Assembly (NCBI GenBank): GCA_036752305.1
Contig: DAIOSZ010000001.1
Span: 2,556 to 60,724 of the forward strand
Length of the DNA: 58,169 nt
Reading direction: 5' to 3'
DNA from: Burkholderiaceae bacterium
GTDB lineage: Bacteria > Pseudomonadota > Gammaproteobacteria > Burkholderiales > Burkholderiaceae_C
Below are positions 50,029 to 58,169 of the stretch, in pieces; within the stretch, counting starts at the first letter, position 1; each line of letters opens with the position of its first letter. Under the pieces are notes generated by a model. That model did not search any database. It had not been told where the DNA came from and saw nothing but the letters and a program-made list of their open reading frames with translations. The position numbers and the translations under genes were made by a program.

Positions 50029-52134
50029 ATGCGTGTTCCTACCCCCTTTGTTCCTCAGATTCGCCTGTACCAAGACTGGTTGCGTGAGCAGCGCGGCCTG
50101 AGCTTCGACAGCTACGACGCGCTGTGGCGCTGGTCAACCACCGAGCTGACCGCGTTCTGGCAAAGCATCTGGGACTATTTCGACTTGCGCTCGCCCACGC
50201 CGTGCACGGCGGTGCTGGAGCGCAATGTGATGCCGGGTGCCCGCTGGTTTGCCGGCGCTTCGCTGAACTACGCGGCGCAGGTGCTGCGGCATGTGGACGC
50301 GGCGCACGCCGCGGGTTTTCCCGCCATCGTGTTCCAGGACGAACGTGCAATGGCGGCCGGGCGCGCCGCGCGCGAGCTGGGCTGGCCCGAGTTGCGCCGG
50401 CAGATCGCTGCGCTGGCCCTGCACCTGAAGGCGCAGGGCGTGCGCCCGGGCGATCGCGTCGCGGCCTATCTGCCGAACATTCCAGAAACGGTGGTGGCCT
50501 TTCTCGCCACGGTCAGCATCGGCGCCATCTGGAGCCTGTGCGCCCCCGACATGGGCAGCGCGGCCGTGCTCGACCGCTTCCGCCAGATCGAGCCAGTGGC
50601 GCTGATTGCCAGCGATGGCGTGGTCTACGCCGGGCGTGAGATCGACCGCGCGGGCGTGGTCGCGGAATTGCGCGCCGCGCTGCCGAGCGTGCGGCACCTC
50701 ATCGTGCATGATCTGCTGCATGGCGCTACACAAAATTTAGCTGCTGAGGGTCGTCTTGCGGACATTCTGGCCCGAAACGATGCCCAAATCGAGGCGTTCG
50801 AGCCCGAGCCGCTGCCGTTCGAGCACCCGCTGTGGATCGTCTATTCAAGCGGCACCACCGGCCTGCCCAAGCCCATCGTGCACAGCCATGGCGGCACCGT
50901 CATCGTCGCGCTGGCGCTCAAGAGCCTGCACAACGACGTGGGCTGCAGCTACCACCCCAACAGCTGGGGCGAGCGCTTCCATTGGTACAGCACCACGGGC
51001 TGGGTGATGTGGAACGCCCAGGTCGCGGGCCTGCTCAACGGAACCACCTGCGTGATCTTTGATGGCAGCCCCGGCGGCTCCAAGGACAACCCGGACTGGA
51101 CGGTGCTGTGGCGCCTGGCCGCGCGGGAGGGGGTCACGTTCTTTGGCGCGGGCGCGGCCTTCTACGCCAATTGCCTGAAGGCGGGCGTCGATCTGGGCGC
51201 CTGCGGCGACCTCTCGCGCGTGCGTGCGCTGGGGACGACCGGCTCGCCCCTGTCGGCCGAGGTGCAGCAATGGGGGATCGACCAGTTTCGCCGCGTCCAT
51301 GGCCCGGCACCGGCCCGGGAGGACATGTGGTGGTGCAACATTTCCGGCGGCACCGACTTCGCGGGCGCGTTCATCGGCGGCAACCGCGAGCTGCCGCAGG
51401 TGCCCGGCGAGATGCAATGCCGCCTGCTCGGTTGCGCCGTCGAGTCCTGGAATGAGGAAGGCCGGCCGGTGCTCGGTCAGGTGGGCGAGCTGGTCTGCAC
51501 GCAGCCGATCCCCTCGATGCCGCTCCAGTTCTGGAACGACCCCGGCGGCCAGCGCTACTTTGGCAGCTACTTCGACATGTTCCCCGCCGGCCACGGGCGC
51601 CGGCCCGGTGGTGGCGACGCCGACGCCTCGTTCGGACCGGTCTGGCGCCACGGTGACTGGCTGCGCATCGGCAATCCCGAGACGGGCAGCCAAGGCTGCG
51701 TGATCTTTGGCCGCAGCGACGCGACGATCAACCGCCATGGCCTGCGCATGGGCACCAGCGAGATCTACAGCGCCGTGGAAGCGCTGCCAGAAGTCCTCGA
51801 CAGCCTGGTGATCGATCTCGAATACCTCGGGCGCGAAAGCTACATGCCGCTGTTCGTGCAGCTGCGCCCCGGCGCCGCGCTGGATGAAGCGCTGACGCGG
51901 CGCATCCACGACGCCATCAAGACCCAGCTTTCACCGCGCTTCGTGCCCGACGCCGTGTTCGCGGTGGCCGATATTCCGCGCACGCTCACCGGCAAGAAGC
52001 AGGAACTGCCGGTCAAGAAGCTGCTGCTTGGCCAACCCATGGAGAAGGTGGTCAACCGGGACGCCATGGCCAACCCGGGCAGCATGGACTGGTTTGCCGA
52101 CTTCGCCGCGCGCCGCGCGGCCGTGAGCACGTGA
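50029..52134 (+). CDS. acetoacetyl-CoA synthetase (acetoacetate-CoA ligase)
   Basis: N-terminus ...YDALWRWSTTELTAFWQSIWDYF and AMP-binding motif YSSGTTGLPKPIVH, about 700 aa. I prefer the ATG at 50029 over the GTG at 50020. Confidence 0.9.
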   Translation: MRVPTPFVPQIRLYQDWLREQRGLSFDSYDALWRWSTTELTAFWQSIWDYFDLRSPTPCTAVLERNVMPGARWFAGASLNYAAQVLRHVDAAHAAGFPAIVFQDERAMAAGRAARELGWPELRRQIAALALHLKAQGVRPGDRVAAYLPNIPETVVAFLATVSIGAIWSLCAPDMGSAAVLDRFRQIEPVALIASDGVVYAGREIDRAGVVAELRAALPSVRHLIVHDLLHGATQNLAAEGRLADILARNDAQIEAFEPEPLPFEHPLWIVYSSGTTGLPKPIVHSHGGTVIVALALKSLHNDVGCSYHPNSWGERFHWYSTTGWVMWNAQVAGLLNGTTCVIFDGSPGGSKDNPDWTVLWRLAAREGVTFFGAGAAFYANCLKAGVDLGACGDLSRVRALGTTGSPLSAEVQQWGIDQFRRVHGPAPAREDMWWCNISGGTDFAGAFIGGNRELPQVPGEMQCRLLGCAVESWNEEGRPVLGQVGELVCTQPIPSMPLQFWNDPGGQRYFGSYFDMFPAGHGRRPGGGDADASFGPVWRHGDWLRIGNPETGSQGCVIFGRSDATINRHGLRMGTSEIYSAVEALPEVLDSLVIDLEYLGRESYMPLFVQLRPGAALDEALTRRIHDAIKTQLSPRFVPDAVFAVADIPRTLTGKKQELPVKKLLLGQPMEKVVNRDAMANPGSMDWFADFAARRAAVST

Positions 52135-52139
52135 ATCGG

Positions 52140-54536
52140 ATGGCACGACCGACCCGGTGGCGCTGGCTCGCGCTGGCCCTGCTGTGGCTGTCGCTCGCAG
52201 CCGGCGCGGTACACGCGGCGGTGCCCGTCTGCCCGCTCCCGCTGGACGGACTGCGCATCGATACGCTGGCATCGACCTGGATCGACCCCACCGGCCAGGC
52301 CGACGCGCGGCAAGCCCGCGACCAGTTGGCGCGCGGCGCGTTCCGCTCGCACGCCTCCACCAGTCCGCCCAACTTCGGCTTCGTGTCGGGCGCGCTGTGG
52401 GCGCATCTGATGCTGCCGGAGGTCAAGGAGCGCTGCACCGTGCTGCTGGTCGTGGGCAAGACGCGCATCGGACGCGTGGACGTGTTTCTGCCCGGCATGG
52501 AGGGCGTCAACAGTCCCCTGGCGATGGGCTCCGACCTGCCGTTTGCCGAGCGCACGGTTGAAAGCCGCTTCCCCAACCTGCGCATCGAGCGCGAACCGGG
52601 GGGGCCCACGCCGCTGCTGCTGCGCGTGGTCTCGCAGTCGTCGATCCAGTTGCCGCTGACGCTGCACACCGCCGCCTCGCTGTATCGGCTGCGCAGCCTG
52701 GAGATGCTGCCCGTGGGGCTGTTTCTCGGCCTGATGTTCGGCGTGCTGCTGTACGACTTCGCGGTGCTGCTGGGCACCAGCGACCGCAACTACGCCTGGA
52801 TGTCGGCCTACGTCGTCGCCGTCATCTTTTATGCGCTGACTTATCACGGGTACGCCTTCGAGTACCTTTGGCCCGACAGCCCGGCGATACAGCAGCGGGC
52901 ATTCCCGATCGCTGCTGCCGCGTTGCTGATTTCGGCGCTGGGCTTTGTCGCGGCGTTCCTGGGCGCCCGGCGCAATGTGCGCTGGGGTTGGATCGGCGCC
53001 AAAGTCATGACGGCGATGTTCGTCGGGGCGGCGCTGATCAGCGCGGCCGGCTATGTGCAACTGGCCTCGCGCATCGTGGCGGGCGCGGCGCTTCCCACGG
53101 TGGCGCTGGCCTGCGCCATCGGCTGGTCGCGCATGCGCAGCGGCTCGCGCTCGGCACGGTTGATCCTGGCGTCCTGGGTGTTGTTCTTGTTGTTCGCGGC
53201 GGCCACCCCGTTGTCGGCTTTCGGCCTGATGCCGCGCACCTTTCTCGGCGACTATGGCGCGCAGGTGGGCGCCATCGTGCAGATGAGCGTGCTGGCGGCC
53301 GCGCTGATGCTGCGCATCGAGGGCTTGCGACGCGAACGCGAGCGCCTGCGCATGGATCGGGAGCTGTCGGCTCAGCGCCGGGAACTGGAAAACCGGATTG
53401 AGGACGAGGAAGCCGAGCGCACGGCCCTGCTGGACACCATGCGCGTGGCGATCCTCTATGGCTCGGCCGAAGGCGAAGTGCAGTGGTGCAACGGCGAGGC
53501 CGAAACCTTGCTTGGCACGCGGCTGGGTGAGCTGCGGGGCAAGACTCTGGAGCACATGTTCGACCACCCCGATGAATACCAGCGCAGCCGCGCCGACTTC
53601 CGGGAGGCGGTGGAGCGCGGCGAGTTCTACGACGCGGAAGTCAACCTCACACGGCCCGACGGCGGCCGCATCTGGGCATTGGTCCGCGGCCGCGCCCTGG
53701 TCCTGGAAGAGCCGGAGCGCGGCAACGTCTGGTGCATGCTGGACATCACCTCGCGCAAGACGGCCGAGAACGAGTTGCGCAAGGCGTTGTCGGGCCAGCG
53801 CGAGCTCACGGCGCTCAAGTCACGCTTCATCACGATGGCGTCGCACGAGCTGCGCACGCCGCTGGCCACGGTGCTGGCCAGCAACGAACTGTTCAAGCAT
53901 TTTCTCGACAACATGTCACCCGAGGAACGCCAGATGGCGCTCAACGCCACCGATGAAGCGGTGCAGCGCATCACCAAGCTGCTCGACGACGTGCTGCGGA
54001 TTGGCGAGACCGAGAACGGCGTCGTCTTCGAGCCCGCGCCCCTGTTGTTGCGCGCGTTCGCCGAGCGGCAGATCCAGGATGCGCTGGCCGCGCCGCAACC
54101 TCGGGGCGTGGCACCGCCCAGCGTGGAACTGGTGATCGCCCCTGAACTGGACGCAACGCCCGTGCTGGCCGATGCGAACCTGCTGGCTCAGATTCTCGCG
54201 CCCCTGCTGTCCAACGCCATCAAATACGCCAAGCCCGGTGGCGACGTGCGCGTGAGCCTCAAACGCAACGAAGGCGCGCTTGAGCTGGCCGTGCTCGACA
54301 ACGGCATCGGCATTCCCCCGAGCGACGTGGACCGCATCTTCGAGCCGTTTCACCGCGCCTCCAACGTCAGCTCGATCGAGGGCACCGGGCTGGGCATGCT
54401 GCTGGTCAAGCGCGCGGTCGAAATGCACGGCGGTGTCGTGACGATCTCCAGCCGCGCGGGCGAAGGCACCATCATCACGGTGCGGCTGCCCATGCCGGTG
54501 GCGGCGGCGCCGACCGCCGCGGTCAACCCGACCTGA
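52140..54536 (+). CDS. 7TMR-DISM sensor histidine kinase (extracellular DISMED2-like domain, 7 TM, PAS, HisKA, HATPase_c)
   Basis: Signal peptide, then seven hydrophobic helices and a coiled coil. A PAS-like segment follows, then the H-box MASHELRTPL, the N-box LLSNAIKYA and G-boxes DNGIGI / GTGLGM. Start is ATG 52140, or GTG 52131 overlapping the upstream stop. Confidence 0.85.
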   Translation: MARPTRWRWLALALLWLSLAAGAVHAAVPVCPLPLDGLRIDTLASTWIDPTGQADARQARDQLARGAFRSHASTSPPNFGFVSGALWAHLMLPEVKERCTVLLVVGKTRIGRVDVFLPGMEGVNSPLAMGSDLPFAERTVESRFPNLRIEREPGGPTPLLLRVVSQSSIQLPLTLHTAASLYRLRSLEMLPVGLFLGLMFGVLLYDFAVLLGTSDRNYAWMSAYVVAVIFYALTYHGYAFEYLWPDSPAIQQRAFPIAAAALLISALGFVAAFLGARRNVRWGWIGAKVMTAMFVGAALISAAGYVQLASRIVAGAALPTVALACAIGWSRMRSGSRSARLILASWVLFLLFAAATPLSAFGLMPRTFLGDYGAQVGAIVQMSVLAAALMLRIEGLRRERERLRMDRELSAQRRELENRIEDEEAERTALLDTMRVAILYGSAEGEVQWCNGEAETLLGTRLGELRGKTLEHMFDHPDEYQRSRADFREAVERGEFYDAEVNLTRPDGGRIWALVRGRALVLEEPERGNVWCMLDITSRKTAENELRKALSGQRELTALKSRFITMASHELRTPLATVLASNELFKHFLDNMSPEERQMALNATDEAVQRITKLLDDVLRIGETENGVVFEPAPLLLRAFAERQIQDALAAPQPRGVAPPSVELVIAPELDATPVLADANLLAQILAPLLSNAIKYAKPGGDVRVSLKRNEGALELAVLDNGIGIPPSDVDRIFEPFHRASNVSSIEGTGLGMLLVKRAVEMHGGVVTISSRAGEGTIITVRLPMPVAAAPTAAVNPT

Positions 54537-54918
54537 GCGGCCCCACGGTCAGCGCGCCCGCGGCGTCCCGCGCGACAGGTACCGGCGTCAATGCCTCACC
54601 TTCGCAAGGCCCCCGCGTGCAGCGCCCATCCACCCAGTCGAACCGGGCGTAGTGGACGTTGCAGGTCAGCGAGGCCATCGGCTTTTGAATCAGTTGCGCC
54701 TGCTGCTCAGCCAGCGGAGCGCCGAAATGCGGGCAGCAGTTGACGAACGCGTGCACACGCTCGCCCTCGCGCAGCACGATCAGCCGCCACGGGCGCCTCC
54801 CACCCTCGCGGGGCAGGTCACACAGACTGGCGCGGTGGTCGGCGAAATCGGTCAGCCGGCCCAATGGGGTGCCGGTAGGCGGGAAGTCCAGGTGCGGCTC
54901 AGAACTGGGGTTTTGCAT
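54523..54918 (-). CDS. Rieske [2Fe-2S] domain protein (small, ferredoxin-like)
   Basis: CCPHFG ... CNVHYARF supply the Rieske ligands. Its 3' end overlaps the kinase gene 3' end by 14 nt (convergent). Confidence 0.75.
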   Translation of the reverse strand: MQNPSSEPHLDFPPTGTPLGRLTDFADHRASLCDLPREGGRRPWRLIVLREGERVHAFVNCCPHFGAPLAEQQAQLIQKPMASLTCNVHYARFDWVDGRCTRGPCEGEALTPVPVARDAAGALTVGPLRSG

Positions 54919-54968
54919 GGTGCGCAAGAAGGCTCGGGCCATTATGCTTGCGGGAAACTGACAACCGC

Positions 54969-55991
54969 ATGCCGCTCCTTATGTCCCACCTTCTCGCTTC
55001 ACACCGCTCCTGGAGCCGTCGCCAGGTCCTGGCGCGTACATCCGCCTGGCTGGGCACGGGCGCCGCAGCTTCCATGGCCCTTCCGGCATGGGCGCAGGAA
55101 CGCTTTCCCAGCAAGCCCGTCTCGCTCATCGCCCCCTGGCCACCGGGCGGCAGCAGCGACGCGGTGATGCGTGCCTTTGCCGAAAGCGCGGCGCGCAACC
55201 TGGGCAGCGTCGTGATCGTGGAAAACAAGCCGGGCGTGGGCGGCACGCTGGGCGCCAGCGCCATGCTGCAGGCCAAGCCCGACGGCCACGCGCTCACGCA
55301 GCTGCCGCTGGGCATTTATCGCCTGCCACACATGCAGAAGATGCCGTTCGACCCAGTGAAGGATCTGACGCACATCGTCTGCCTGACCGGCTATACCTTC
55401 GGGTTGGCGGCAACCATGGACGCACCCTACAAGTCGCTCAAGGAAATGGTCGCCTATGCCAAGGCCAACCCGGGCAAGGTCGCCTATGGCCACACCGGAA
55501 CCGGCACCACACCCCATCTGGCCATCGAGGAGTTCGCCGCCAAGGCTGGGATCGAGTTGCAGGACATTCCCTATAAAGGCTCGGCCGAGTTGATGCAGGC
55601 CATCCTGGGTGGCCACATCGCGCTCATCAGCAGCACCACGGAGTTTGCCCCGCACGTCAAAGCCGGCAAGCTGCGCCTGTTGGCGACGCTGGGCCGCGAG
55701 CGCAACAAGGCCTTTCCCGATGTGCCCACGGTCAAGGAGAGCGGCTGGGACACCGTGACCGAGTCGCCGTTTGGCATCGGTGGCCCCAAGGGCATGGACC
55801 CGGCTGTCGTCAAGACGCTGCACGACGCCTTCAAGAAAACGCTGGACGATCCCAAGGTGCTCGAAACGCTGGACCGCTTCTTCCAGCCGGTGATCTACAT
55901 GAACACGGCCGACTACACGTCCTATGCGGCGCGCACGTTCGCAGCCGAGAAGGCGTTGATCGACCGTCTGCGTGCCGCCAAGAAGATCTGA
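54969..55991 (+). CDS. Bug/TctC-family substrate-binding protein
   Basis: Twin-Arg-like signal (SRRQVLARTSAWLGTGAAASMALPAWAQ), then SLIAPWPPGGSSD and VIVENKPGVGG. Confidence 0.85.
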   Translation: MPLLMSHLLASHRSWSRRQVLARTSAWLGTGAAASMALPAWAQERFPSKPVSLIAPWPPGGSSDAVMRAFAESAARNLGSVVIVENKPGVGGTLGASAMLQAKPDGHALTQLPLGIYRLPHMQKMPFDPVKDLTHIVCLTGYTFGLAATMDAPYKSLKEMVAYAKANPGKVAYGHTGTGTTPHLAIEEFAAKAGIELQDIPYKGSAELMQAILGGHIALISSTTEFAPHVKAGKLRLLATLGRERNKAFPDVPTVKESGWDTVTESPFGIGGPKGMDPAVVKTLHDAFKKTLDDPKVLETLDRFFQPVIYMNTADYTSYAARTFAAEKALIDRLRAAKKI

Positions 55992-56032
55992 ATCTCCCCT
56001 GACATTCAATTTCCTCATCAAAGAAAGAGACC

Positions 56033-56377
56033 ATGAAGCGCATCACCTTCACCCTGCTGGCCCTTCTTCTGTCAGCCGGCGCGCATGCCGCTGGCGCCAT
56101 CGCCGTCGATGACGACGAAGGCGAGGACGAGCCTGGCTACGGCTTCGTCACCGGTGCCGCGAACCGCGACGAAGCAGGCCGAAAGGCGCTGCAGGAATGC
56201 CGCAAGTCGGGCAACGACAACTGCAAGGTCGTCGCGCGCTTCGACACCTGCGGGGCATACGCCGCCTCCAAGAAGTACTACGGCGTCGGCTGGGGCAACA
56301 CCAAGGCCAAGGCCATCGATATGGCGCTGGAAAATTGCCGCGGCAAGTGCAAGGTGCACGTGGCCGAATGCGAGTGA
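56033..56377 (+). CDS. DUF4189 secreted Cys-rich protein
   Basis: Signal peptide followed by the GAIAVD...GYGFV...A...AL..C......CKVV..F..CGA.A....YYGVGWG..K..A...AL..C pattern. Confidence 0.7.
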   Translation: MKRITFTLLALLLSAGAHAAGAIAVDDDEGEDEPGYGFVTGAANRDEAGRKALQECRKSGNDNCKVVARFDTCGAYAASKKYYGVGWGNTKAKAIDMALENCRGKCKVHVAECE

Positions 56378-56390
56378 CCGCGAAGTGAGC

Positions 56391-57269
56391 TCAATCGGGC
56401 TGCGCGCTGTCGGGTAGGCGCGGCCCGAGCCGGCGCGTACCCCCTGGCGGCACGCGCTCGGCCATCCAGCGCAGCAGGTCCAGCCACATCTGGCGCATTT
56501 CGCTGTCCAACGGGGTGCGCAGCGCGCTGGGCAACTCGACCGTGACCACGGGAATGCGCAGGTGCACGCCGCCATAGTTGCCCAGGGAGCCGGGGAAGAT
56601 GCCCACCTGATCCAGGTACAGGCGGCCCAGACGCTTGGGCGGCGTGAACGGACCGTCGAAATCGAGCACCCCATAGGGCGCGTGAATGCTCAGAATGAGT
56701 TGCGGCTTGAAGGTCTTGATCTGCTCGTCGAGAAAGCGGCTTTCCGGCTCCGACAAGGCAGCCTTGCCGGGCCAGCGGCGCGGGTCGCGGCGGGTGCGCT
56801 TTTCCCAGTAGACAGGCGCCTCCTTGGCCCAGCCAGGCGTGGGAAAGTTGCGGTTGAGGTCCACGCCCGAGGCGTTGGTGCGCGTGGGCCGCGCCGCCAT
56901 GATCCCGTCGGGGTTGAGCGCCGGGATGAAGCGCCAATGCACGCGGTGAACGGCATCGGCTGGGGGCGTTTCGGCATGCAGCAGCCAGTGCAGCGCCAGC
57001 GAGACGGAGGACAACTCATCGCCGTGTATGCCGCCGAGCACCAGCACCCGCAAGTTGGCCTTGTCCGCGGGAATGTCGCGCGCCATGAGGGTTCGGCGCT
57101 GCACCGACCGGCCCTCGCTCGCCGCGAGCTGTGCGCGCTCGCACAGGGTACGGCTCACGTTCGGCAGGCGGCGCGGCATTTCATGGCAAAACAGCGATGA
57201 CGCATCCCCCGCGTGGCCGTGACCAGCCGTCAGACTCAAGGCAACCATCAGGGTGAAACGAAACAGCAT
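56391..57269 (-). CDS. M14-family zinc carboxypeptidase (MpaA-like murein peptide amidase)
   Basis: Signal peptide, zinc motif GGIHGDELSS (HxxE), NPDG and VDLNRNFP. Confidence 0.85.
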   Translation of the reverse strand: MLFRFTLMVALSLTAGHGHAGDASSLFCHEMPRRLPNVSRTLCERAQLAASEGRSVQRRTLMARDIPADKANLRVLVLGGIHGDELSSVSLALHWLLHAETPPADAVHRVHWRFIPALNPDGIMAARPTRTNASGVDLNRNFPTPGWAKEAPVYWEKRTRRDPRRWPGKAALSEPESRFLDEQIKTFKPQLILSIHAPYGVLDFDGPFTPPKRLGRLYLDQVGIFPGSLGNYGGVHLRIPVVTVELPSALRTPLDSEMRQMWLDLLRWMAERVPPGGTRRLGPRLPDSAQPD

Positions 57270-57374
57270 GGCACGGACGCAGGGGAACTCCTCCCGATTA
57301 TCCGCACGCCCACCGGCATGGCCGCGCGGCAGCGGGCTCGCGCGGCGCCGGCGGATTTCAGGTAGATTGCGGCC

Positions 57375-57878
57375 ATGCTTGCGCCGTCTTCACCTGAACC
57401 CGCCACCGGGTTCTCGCCCCAGGAGTTTCGTCAGGCGCTTGGCAGCTTCGCCACCGGCGTGACCATCGTACCCGCCGCCACGCCCGCGGGCGAGCCGGTG
57501 GGGCTGACGGTCAACTCGTTCAATTCGGTCTCGATGGAGCCTCCCTTGGTGCTGTGGAGCCTCTCCCGGCGTGGCGCCTCGGTTCCCGTCTTCATGACGA
57601 GCGAGCATTTCGCGGTCAACGTACTGGCCGCCGAGCAGCGCACGCTGGCCGAGCGCTTTGCCACCCGTGGCGCGGACCGCTGGGCCGGGCTTTGCTGGCG
57701 CGCGGGCCGTGGTGGCGCTCCGATCCTCGCGGGGGTGGCCGCGTCGTTTGAATGCCGCGTGAAATCGCGCCACGACGAAGGCGACCACATCGTCTTCATC
57801 GGCGAGGTGCTGCATTGCGCGCACCGGGTGGGAGCCGTGCCGCTGCTGTTCATCGGCGGGTGCTTTCACGCACTGTAG
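57375..57878 (+). CDS. flavin reductase family protein (NAD(P)H:FMN oxidoreductase, RutF/HpaC-like)
   Basis: FRQALGSFATGVTIV ... GLTVNSFNSVSMEPPLVLWSL is typical of the family. Confidence 0.9.
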   Translation: MLAPSSPEPATGFSPQEFRQALGSFATGVTIVPAATPAGEPVGLTVNSFNSVSMEPPLVLWSLSRRGASVPVFMTSEHFAVNVLAAEQRTLAERFATRGADRWAGLCWRAGRGGAPILAGVAASFECRVKSRHDEGDHIVFIGEVLHCAHRVGAVPLLFIGGCFHAL

Positions 57879-57884
57879 GGCGCG

Positions 57885-58169
57885 GTGAGTTCGGCGTCTC
57901 CCCCCGCGCGCCATGCGCACCTCGATGCGTTGGCCGTGAGCCTGCTGTTCGCGTGCTGCCTGTTCTGGGGCGCGCAGCAGGTGATGGTCAAGGCCACGCT
58001 GGCCGAGCTGGCGCCCGTCTGGCAGGCGGCGCTGCGGTTTGCCGGTGCCACGGTCTTGTTATGGCTGTGGTGCCGGTGGCGGGGCATCCCGCTCACGCAG
58101 CGGGACGGCAGCCTGCGCGGCGGCCTGCTCGCAGGCGTGCTGTTCGCCGGGGAGTTTGCGGCGCTGTAC
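57885..58169 (+). CDS. EamA/DMT-family transporter, 3' partial
   Basis: From GTG 57885 the frame stays open to the window end. It has hydrophobic helices with LFWGAQQVMVK and GVLFAGEFAALY. Confidence 0.65.
   Translation, partial: MSSASPPARHAHLDALAVSLLFACCLFWGAQQVMVKATLAELAPVWQAALRFAGATVLLWLWCRWRGIPLTQRDGSLRGGLLAGVLFAGEFAALY

Noticed and set aside
50731-50760. An AT-richer patch (CAAAATTTAGCTGCTGAGGGTCGT) inside the acetoacetyl-CoA synthetase gene that resembles the MITE terminal repeat.
   Set aside because: Only about 11 of 17 positions match. There is no inverted partner, and the reading frame is intact (HGATQNLAAEGRL). This is most likely chance similarity.

Overview
This is a 58.2-kb chromosomal segment with high GC (by eye about 65-70%; not computed). 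The gene content looks like a Burkholderiales/Comamonadaceae-type betaproteobacterium: sucCD, recA-recX, argC, moaC and many Bug/TctC binding proteins. About 60 protein-coding genes can be supported. I saw no rRNA, tRNA, CRISPR array, transposase or integrase. The notable content is as follows. (1) A co-directional minus-strand array (16364 down to 6563) encodes a CHASE2-Ser/Thr kinase, a PP2C phosphatase, a double-FHA protein, a CHASE2 class III nucleotide cyclase, a class II cNMP phosphodiesterase and a GAF-fused PilB/GspE-type ATPase. (2) Directly downstream lies an AT-richer pilin island of about 3.2 kb, with a sigma-54-type promoter, a pilA ending in a C-terminal Ser, a TfpO/PglL-like O-oligosaccharyltransferase and a FimB/TfpZ-like accessory protein. 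(3) An ECF sigma/NrsF pair sits divergent from a bufferin-type RiPP cluster (DUF2282 precursor, DUF692 MNIO enzyme, DUF2063, DoxX), with two divergent perfect GTAACC-N16-CGAA promoter motifs between them. (4) A bacterial calpain-like (C2) cysteine protease with Ca-loop repeats is interrupted by a 1-nt frameshift. (5) An RND pump is also interrupted by a 1-nt frameshift. (6) Three copies of a 165-230-bp MITE-like intergenic element carry TAGCTGCCCGTGGTGAT-type terminal inverted repeats. (7) A catabolic cluster combines a Rieske oxygenase, a MaoC hydratase, an acyl-CoA dehydrogenase pair and an enoyl-CoA hydratase with three Bug binding proteins. All functional calls come from recognising motifs by eye in the supplied translations and DNA; no database search was run.
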